Position numbers and translations under genes: made by a program | Notes under the pieces: generated by a model | Databases searched by the model: none | What the model saw: the letters and a program-made list of their open reading frames with translations, nothing else | What the model was told of the DNA's origin: nothing | Shown: positions 22,743 through 30,892 of the stretch, piece after piece | How the letters are laid out: the number at the start of each line of letters is the position of its first letter | Position numbering within the stretch: the stretch's first letter is position 1 | Source of the DNA: Octopus sinensis | Taxonomy: Eukaryota | Assembly (NCBI RefSeq): GCF_006345805.1 | Contig: NW_021832905.1 | Location: 1-30,892, forward strand | Length of the DNA: 30,892 nucleotides | Direction of reading: 5' to 3'

Positions 22743-22966
22743 TGTGTGTGTGTGCAAAGCGTTAGTATGAAAGCACAGATGTTTCATACAGCCACATACA
22801 TGTGCGCAAATATATATATATATATATGCATAGGTATGTATGGATATATATAGAGATCTGTATGTGTATATATACTTAATATGTCTGTACATGTATACAC
22901 ACGCACATATATATATATAAGTATATGCATTTACACACACACATATATATATACATATCTTTGTGA

Positions 22967-23006
<40 letters not shown>

Positions 23007-23009
<3 letters not shown>

Positions 23010-23667
23010 TGCTCATATATGTGTATATATCGATATAAATTTACAAGCATACAGATATATAACACACACACATACATACACACATACATACTTTTACACG
23101 AATGTTCGTGATAATTCCCAATTGTAGAGGTGTGAATGAACGAAATATATTAAGTTGTGGTTACGTCATAGAAACCACCATCACCAAAAAAGAAAACGGA
23201 AAACCAAAGACAACAAATAAAGAAATAAAAACGAAATAAATAGTGGATGTTGAACAAAAACAAAACGGAACAGATATTACACGAGGCAGATCGATTCTCT
23301 CCCGTTCAATATCATTGCTCGAGTTTATGCGTCATATCATTCTATCCACCAGTCATCAATATATAAGAATTAAAAAAATCAGAATATAGAAGCTAGCTAA
23401 ATGTGAATCGATATCATACTAACTAGGCAATTTAATTTATTACTCTACGCTGCTTCCGTAAATAGAAAAGCTCGGCACAGCGGTTTATCGTTGGGCAAAC
23501 ACATTGCTGCAGTTAGGTGAAGATGCATGCATGTTTATTTGGGATTAGTTTAAGGGATTTTTTCTCCCGTTGCAGAATTCAAGCTAGCTACTAAGAATGT
23601 GAAAAAGGTTTTATTGTTTAAGTCAAGACAGAAATTGATGATCTGGGATATGTGAATCGATATATTA

Positions 23668-23710
<43 letters not shown>

Positions 23711-24372
23711 ATATATGCATGCTCATATATGTGTATATATCGATATAAATTTACAAGCATACAGATATATAACACACACACACATACATACACCACATAC
23801 TTTTACACGAATGTTCGTGATAATTCCCAATTGTAGAGGTGTGAATGAACGAAATATATTAAGTTGTGGTTACGTCATAGAAACCACCATCACCAAAAAA
23901 GAAAACGGAAAACCAAAGACAACAAATAAAGAAATAAAAACGAAATAAATAGTGGATGTTGAACAAAAACAAAACGGAACAGATATTACACGAGGCAGAT
24001 CGATTCTCTCCCGTTCAATATCATTGCTCGAGTTTATTGCGTCATATCATTCTATCCACCAGTCATCAATAATATAAGATATAAAAAAATCAGAATATAG
24101 AAGCTAGCTAAATGTGAATCGATATCATACTAACTAGGCAATTTAATTTATTACTCTACGCTGCTTCCGTAAATAGAAAAGCTCGGCACAGCGGTTTATC
24201 GTTGGGCAAACACATTGCTGCAGTTAGGTGAAGATGCATGCATGTTTATTTGGGATTAGTTTAAGGGATTTTTTCTCCCGTTGCAGAATTCAAGCTAGCT
24301 ACTAAGAATGTGAAAAAGGTTTTATTGTTTAAGTCAAGACAGAAATTGATGATCTGGGATATGTGAATCGAT
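23007..24372. repeat. Tandem duplication of a ~655-bp unique segment (23007-23661 and 23717-24372; period ~710), bounded by (TA)n
   Basis: Direct alignment; the differences I saw are a few small indels. Confidence 0.95.
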
Positions 24373-24392
24373 ATATTATATATATATATATC

Positions 24393-24425
<33 letters not shown>

Positions 24426-24605
24426 TATATATATTATCGGTCAGTTGTCCATAAGTCAGGAAAAAAGCATATTCTACAAGAAATTTTAAGCAGATATATT
24501 TTATGTAGTCGAGTAGTAATTCCTCTGTTATGCCATATGACCACTCAGAAAGTTACCATTGGTTTCACGCCTACTATTACACTTGCCAATATAGGCAATT
24601 CAACT

Positions 24606-24817
24606 GAGAGCAGTAAACTGGCAGAATCGTTAGTACGCCGGGAAAAATACTTAGCGGCATTTTGTCCTTCTGTATGTTCTGAGTTCAAATTCCGCCGAAG
24701 TCATCTTTACCCTTCATCATTTCGAAGTCGATGAAGTAAGTATCAGTTGAGCATTGTAGGTGTTGTAATCGACTTGCCGAAATTGTTGGCCTTCTACCAA
24801 AATTTGAAACCAATATA
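24606..24817 (+). mobile_element. SINE family A, diverged
   Basis: aactggcagaatcgttagtacgccggg...gttctgagttcaaattccgccgaagtc...accaaaatttgaaaccaatat. Confidence 0.85.
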
Positions 24818-24854
24818 AGCGATTGATCAGACCTGTTGTCTGAAAACACATGAA

Positions 24855-25147
24855 CTGTTTGCCAATGGCGGTAAATATACAAACTTTGTCAGTTTGATGG
24901 AAGGACAAGCCGAAACGAGAAAAGTCAGTCTGAGTACGTTTTTGCAGCAGCAGCAACGGAAGGACACACAGAAATATGTCGGAGCAATGGAGGACCCTTT
25001 TAAGACCCGGCTAAATAACCACAAGTGCTTATTTCCTTTCCAAGAGACGAACAGCATTACAACATTAACCAGGTGTATATGACGATTGAAAGAACAGGGA
25101 AAGCCAGGGAAATTTAAGGGGAGTCTGTTAAACAATGTGAGCCATAC
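24855..25147 (+). pseudogene. Fossil GIY-YIG endonuclease fragment of a second PLE lineage
   Basis: With frameshifts: CQWR...CQFDGR...EYVFAAAATEG...KYVGAMEDPFKTRLNNHK...TTLTRCI*RLKEQG...LKQCEPY. This matches the pattern CNCR..CPLDG.C..VVY.A.V..YIG.TE..FK.R.NNHK.SF..T.LS.YIW.LK..W.I..KA.PY that I recall for PLE GIY-YIG domains. Confidence 0.75.
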
Positions 25148-25149
25148 CT

Positions 25150-25985
25150 TCTTAAGTTCAAAATGTGAAATTTTTAGCCGACGCCGTCATGACAGAAAAT
25201 TCGTTGTGGAAACGTGGTCCTCTAGTTTGCGGACTAGAGAAAGAAATAAACGTTCACAAACATTTCATTTTCCAAATTTTGTTGAATCTACAGGCAGAGT
25301 AAAAAAATTTATGAACACCAGTTTTGAATTCGATGTCCATAACATTCAACTCAATTCAAGTCCATAAAATGCAGATTCTCAAGGCCACAATAAGGGAAAT
25401 TATGGCGGTTAATTGACTCGCTTAATTTCTATGTAGCGTCATCATTTCAAAACGTCTTTGTTGGAAAGTGTGCAGCTTGTTCACATTTCGCTGGGTATCA
25501 ATCGCAATACTCCGATGTTTCATTCCGGATCTTCTTCACTGAGAGCAGGGACCATTCTTGGAATGCAACTTTTCCAGTGACAGCAATTCAAAATGTAATG
25601 GAGTCTTGATTTTGAAATTATTATCTCATGAATTTCTTATCATACAGATTTTCTTGAATTCTGGCGATAGGTTTCTATTTCTCTTTCTTGCTTTATGGGC
25701 TCATCAATGTCGATGTCTGCGTGTTCCGGAATAATTCTTGTTGACATTCTAGACACTACAGTACCATCTACAAGTGTATCTTTACTTCGTGCGATAAGTC
25801 ATGTATGTGGATCTGTTTAAAACACCCTCTTAAACTGTCTTTGCACGACAAGTGTTTTCGAACTCCCAGTAGAAATTTAGGATTTTAGAACAAAATATTA
25901 TTTTGTTCAAACCTTAATCTGAATGCCATCATTATTTTTGATGGATGAAATTTAAATTACCAGGGGTCGTAATTTATAACATATG
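25150..25985 (-). pseudogene. Fossil Tc1/mariner-superfamily transposase (N-terminal HTH + first two catalytic Asp), 3'-truncated
   Basis: From ATG at 25932: MMAFRLRFEQ..ILNFYWEFEN..VQRQFKRVF*TDPHT*LIARSKDTLVDGTV...NSRKSV...ISKSRLHYIL..CHWKSCIPRMVPALSEEDP..EYCD*Y.AKCE..AHFPTK.F*NDDAT (D1 at 25443-25441)*KLSESINRHN..YCGLENLH...NWC...IFCHDG (D2 at 25188-25186). A possible decayed TIR (ataaattacgacccctg) lies at ~25960-25980. Confidence 0.88.
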
Positions 25986-26175
25986 TATGTTTGTTTGTAA
26001 CTATGTATGTACGCACGCATACATGCAGAAACATACATACATAAACACACATACGCAGACACACACACGCACACACAAACACACATACATACATACATAA
26101 ACGTAGACATATAGACATTTTAGTGAGCAGACTGTAGCGTGTAAACAGAGAATTATGTTTGTATGTATGCACGCC

Positions 26176-26204
26176 TAATAATAATAATAATAATAATAAT
26201 AATG

Positions 26205-26263
<59 letters not shown>

Positions 26264-26268
26264 AATCA
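26176..26268. repeat. (TAA)n microsatellite
   Basis: Direct inspection. Confidence 0.95.
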
Positions 26269-26572
26269 TAACGATACTGATGAAAACTGGTAATGATTTT
26301 CTTTTTTATCCAAAAGATCTTGAGGAAGTCCAATAAAATTGAATGCAATTTAAAGTGAAGTTTAATCTTGGGTGTTTTGGTGACCCTTGCCAACATTTTG
26401 TTGGGGTAAGAAAACTCGGCTAGCCTTAGTGCTGGTTGTATACTTCCAGTTAGTGGTTTGTGAATCGAAGATGTAAGTGAACTAATAAAATATTAAGTAT
26501 GAACTTTTGGAGAGGGCATACATGTATGCACGCATACATGTATAAATATATGTACGCCATGTGAGTATTTAT

Positions 26573-26964
26573 GTATGGTTGAGAAGCCCGACTTGGAATC
26601 ATGCAATCTCCGGTTCGGTCCTACTGGGCTGCACCTTCGGCAAGTATCTTCTACTATAGACTCTACCAGCCAATGTCTTCTGAATGAATTTGGTACAAGG
26701 AAACTGCGCTGAAACCTGTCGTGTATGAATGCCTATATGTGTATGTGTGTCTTTGCGATTGTCCCTTATCACCCCTTGGCAACCTGTGTTGGCTTGTGTG
26801 TGCCCTGTAACTTGGAGGTTGGCCAAACGTAACAAATGAAATAAGCAGCGTACTTTAAAATAAGTACTGAGGTTGATTTATTCAGCTAAAAATTCTTCAA
26901 GGCGCTGCTCCAGTATGGCCACGAGTTAAGGACTGAAGCAAATAAACAGATAAAAGATAAAAGA
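26573..26964 (+). mobile_element. SINE family B, diverged, near full-length
   Basis: Head ccggttcggtcc, accttcggcaagtatcttctactatag, tail ggcgctgctccagtatggccac...ataaaagataaaaga. Confidence 0.85.
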
Positions 26965-26981
26965 TACACACACACACACAC

Positions 26982-27033
<52 letters not shown>

Positions 27034-27827
27034 TACAAACACACATAAACATATACATATATATGTCTGCGTGTGTGTGTGCAGCTGTGTATGTGTAAGC
27101 GCGTGTGTATCAGTGTGTGCGGGGCGTATACAGATAGACAAAAACAGACAGAGAGATAGATATATACACAGACAGATAGATACATACGTGCATAGACATA
27201 AATACATACATACATACATACATACATACATACATACATACATACATACATACATACATACATACATACATACATACGTACATACATACATAGATTCCTT
27301 CATAAACGTAGACATCTAGACATTTTAGCGAGCAGACTGTATCGTGTAAACAGAGAAGCGCTATTTAATATGGCGATTTTTCTTGCAATAACTTTCCTGC
27401 CGTTATTTCCGCTCTTGTTTCATGTTCTGCTTTTATTTGTTTTTAATTCACTTATATTCAATTGCAGCGATTGATTCTCTTTTATTTATGTTGGCTATTA
27501 TGGATGGAGATATAGTGTGCTATAAATATATATTTTAAGTGTTTGTGTCTTTGTTTGTCCTCCTCCCATCCCGGGTCTCATTTTCCAGTGATAAGCTATA
27601 TATAAACACATCAGATCTCTCTATATATATATGTGTGCGTGTGTGTACACATATACACAAACAAGCACAAGCACACAGACGCACGCGCACACACATAAAT
27701 GCATACGCATACACACACGTACACGCGTAAGTTCCACGCCCTCCTTTTCCAAGTAATTAACTCGCCATTCACTTTTGTTGAATGAAAGACAAAAAACAAA
27801 CATATGCAAATATATACACATCTATAC

Positions 27828-27922
<95 letters not shown>

Positions 27923-28217
27923 GCATATATACACAAATTTGCGTGAATATATATATATGTACTTATATATGCATATGTATATGAAGTTATATAGGTGTAT
28001 ATATATATACGCATATATTTATGAAAATAGTGATGTACACACACGCATCTTTATATATTATAGAAAAAACAACGAATTTTATAAAAAAAAACAAACACAC
28101 AGAAAACACGCGGCAATCGCGTATACATACACAAGCAGATAATACACACATGTGCGTATAGACACACCCTTATCTATACTATCGCTTGATATATACATAT
28201 ACATACCTATATATAAG

Positions 28218-28282
<65 letters not shown>

Positions 28283-28379
28283 TACATATATAATATAAAT
28301 GTGTATATATATATACATATATATTATATATATACATATATAAATACATAATACATATATATTACATATACATATGCAA

Positions 28380-28422
<43 letters not shown>

Positions 28423-28424
28423 AA

Positions 28425-28769
28425 GGCGCATGGCTCAGTGGTTAGAGCGTCGAGCTTACGATCGTGAGGTTGTGAGCTCGAATCTCGGACCGGGCTGCGT
28501 GTTGTGTTCTTGAGCAAGACACTTTATTTCACGTTGCTCCAGTTCACTCAGCTGTAGAAATGAGTTGCGACGTCACAGGTGCCAAGCTGTATCGACCTTT
28601 GTCTTTCCCTTGGATAACACTGGTGGCGTGGAGAGGGGAGGCCGGTATGCATGGGCGACTACTGGTCTTCCATAAAACAACCTTGCCCGGACTTGTCCCT
28701 CAGAGGGTAACTCTCTAGGTGCAAACCCATGGTCACTCATGACCGAAGGGGGTCTTTACCCCCTCTTTT
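28425..28769 (+). mobile_element. Full-length tRNA-derived SINE family C (CORE-like middle; compatible with octopus OR-type SINEs), inserted in (TA)n
   Basis: A box tggctcagtgg; B-box-like gctcgaatctc; CORE-like gtgttcttgagcaagacacttt...cagctgtagaaatgag; both flanks pure (TA)n. The family name is from recall. Confidence 0.9.
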
Positions 28770-28809
28770 ACATATATATATACATATACAATGCATATGT
28801 AATTATATA

Positions 28810-28856
<47 letters not shown>

Positions 28857-28892
28857 TAGATGTATATATATAATATATATATGTGCATTATA

Positions 28893-28943
<51 letters not shown>

Positions 28944-29379
28944 TAAGTCGAGAGGTTTATGAGAGCTAGATAGATAAACGAGATATATCTGTTGGTGTAC
29001 ATCTATGTTCCTCTGGGTCTTTGTGAAGCGTTACCGTGTTTTTATGAATGTATGGGTGTTGATGTGTGTGTTAGTGTGTGTGTGTCTTTGTGTGTGTGTG
29101 GTGTGTGTGTGTGTGTGTGTTTATACAGGAACTCTTTAGCAGATAAGTCCTATCTAGAAACAACGCAACGATGAATTTATTTCCAGAAAATCGATTTTCC
29201 CATCCCAATCTCCGTCGTTTTTGGCTAACTATAACCAACAGTTTTTGCGAGCGGAAGTCACACTGACCGCGTGGAGAAGCTGCCACTCTCTCAGATCACT
29301 TCAAAACTTATGAGTTCTGATCTTTGTTGCAATGCCTGTATGATGCATATACTGTGTATTGAATGACCATCGGAACGAA

Positions 29380-29493
29380 GGGTCGATAAATAAAGTACCA
29401 GTTTCGCACTGGGTCGATGTAATTGATTTAATCCCTTTGTCTGTCCCTGTTTGTCCCCTCTGTGTTTGGCTCCTTGTGGGTAGTAAAGAAATA
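29380..29493 (+). mobile_element. SINE family A 3' half
   Basis: gggtcgataaataaagtaccagtttcgcactgggtcgatg...ttgtgggtagtaaagaaata. Confidence 0.85.
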
Positions 29494-29636
29494 TATATAA
29501 AGCAGTTTGGACTAGAAATTGAGAATAGCGACTGAAGACTGTTTCGGTGTTTTAGCTCCGAATGACTTTGTCACCATCTCCATTTTAATCTCTCTATTTC
29601 TCTTTCTCTATTTCTCTCTCTCTATTTCTCTCTCTC

Positions 29637-29674
<38 letters not shown>

Positions 29675-29947
29675 TCACCCTCGCTTCCTATGTGTGTATG
29701 TGCGTGTGTGTATGTGTATGTGTGCACGCATATATATATGGGCGATTACAGTCCCTGTTTTCATGTATGTATACAATTATGTGCTTTGACTGCAGCGTTA
29801 GAGCATTTAGCTCTTATTTCTAGCAATCTAGGTGTTGCTAACACCCTCAGTCCTTCTTAACGACTGTTATAGTTTTCCTTTCTGGTATACATTGCTTACC
29901 GCTGCCTACATTAATTGTATATATGTATACACAAGCAACATATAGCA

Positions 29948-30318
29948 ACATATGGATGCGAGACCTGGATACTAAAGAAAGCTGACCAGAAGAGAATTAA
30001 TTCATTCGAGCTTTGGTGGTGAAGAGATTTTGCGGATACCATGGTCAGCGAGACTCACCAATGGAGAAGTTCTTAGCCAGATCAAGCCGAAACTATTGCT
30101 GGAAGCTATGATCACCAAGCATAGATTGGCATATTTTGGTCATGTTTATACGGAGAAATCCCTGGAGAAGGACATCATGCTCAGAATGGTCAGTGGCAGA
30201 GAGGAAGAGGCCACCTAGAATCCGCTGCTTGATAACCATAAAGTTACACGGAATGGCCATAGCCAATCTGAAAGAAGCGACCCAGGATAACCGGAGTCGA
30301 CTTCGACTGAACGGATAA
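29948..30318 (+). mobile_element. 3' end of an RTE-clade LINE, inactivated, ending in (GA)n
   Basis: TYGCETWILKKADQKRINSFELWW*R..LRIPWSARLTNGEVLSQI...LEAMITKHRLAYFGHV...SLEKDIMLRMVSG..GRGRP..RCL...NLKEATQDNR..SRLRLNG* is the typical RTE/BovB-like C-terminus. Confidence 0.9.
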
Positions 30319-30892
30319 GAGAGAGAGATACACACGTACTTACGCACACACACACAGACACACAGACACGATACACACACACACACACACACACACACAA
30401 ATAACGTTTGCCGAACATCTACGAAGGATGACAATAAAGGTGCAATACTTCTATCTCTACGTCACGTTAACTTTCTTCACTGAGAGAAGAGAGAAAAGAT
30501 CGATGAAGAAAAACGATAAAATGTCTGACCTTTTTCCAGAATGTCAACGTGATTAGTCGATAAGAAGTTTTGTTTTTTATCCAGCAGAACTAGCAAAATC
30601 CACGACAAATTCAAGGTTTGAAACAATGGTTGGTCATGGTGTTTATGGCAAACATTTGAATAATTGTCTGTTATCGGTGTTTCCCAAAAGAATGAGTTAG
30701 GGTTAGGATCTTACACAAGCCTTCACCATAGAAACAATTCACCTTGTGGTAGCCTATCAGCAATAATATCGGTTGTAGGATCCTCAAGCGTCGAAGCCGA
30801 CGGAAGAGTCCACTATGTTTGTGTGTGTGTGTGCGTGCGCGCTTATACGAATTTATAAATAGAACGTTGTGCTTTTGAGTGTTCTGTATCAG

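Noticed and set aside
25080-25082. TGA as selenocysteine in the PLE fragment
   Set aside because: Falls at a conserved Trp (IW) position, so it is a simple TGG>TGA change in a fossil with other lesions
28425-28497. tRNA gene
   Set aside because: tRNA-like head continues directly into a SINE body shared with 20671-20935; the B box is degenerate
30697-30707. TTAGGGTTAGG telomeric repeat
   Set aside because: Under two units; expected by chance
30745-30815. Minus-strand LRR-like peptide GLFRRLRRLRIL
   Set aside because: Acceptor lacks a pyrimidine tract and the LRR consensus does not continue

Overview
AT-rich animal nuclear DNA. The dense (TA)n/(CA)n/(TACA)n/(TAA)n microsatellites and the SINE families look like octopus/cephalopod sequence; this is inferred from pattern recognition, not a database hit. 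No host gene can be identified with confidence. The window is mostly transposon-derived. (1) A ~5.2-kb, 5'-truncated Penelope-like retroelement (RT + Cys linker + GIY-YIG, Neptune-type, 1524-6754). Its frameshifts look like long-read homopolymer errors, its 3' extension is ~2.7 kb of CA-rich DNA, and it ends in a minimal type I hammerhead ribozyme motif with a non-canonical CCGACGA core. (2) An R4/Dong-type LINE 3' end sitting in (TAA)n. (3) A Tigger/pogo-type MITE resembling mammalian Tigger4/Zombi. (4) A fossil GIY-YIG from a second PLE lineage lying tail-to-tail with a fossil Tc1/mariner transposase. (5) An RTE LINE 3' end. (6) About a dozen tRNA-derived SINE copies of three families. Two (TA)n-bounded tandem duplications (~600 bp x ~2.4 and ~710 bp x 2) may be real or assembly artefacts. 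There are several perfect or near-perfect palindromes and a few weak exon candidates. Almost all long ORFs in the supplied track are microsatellite translations.
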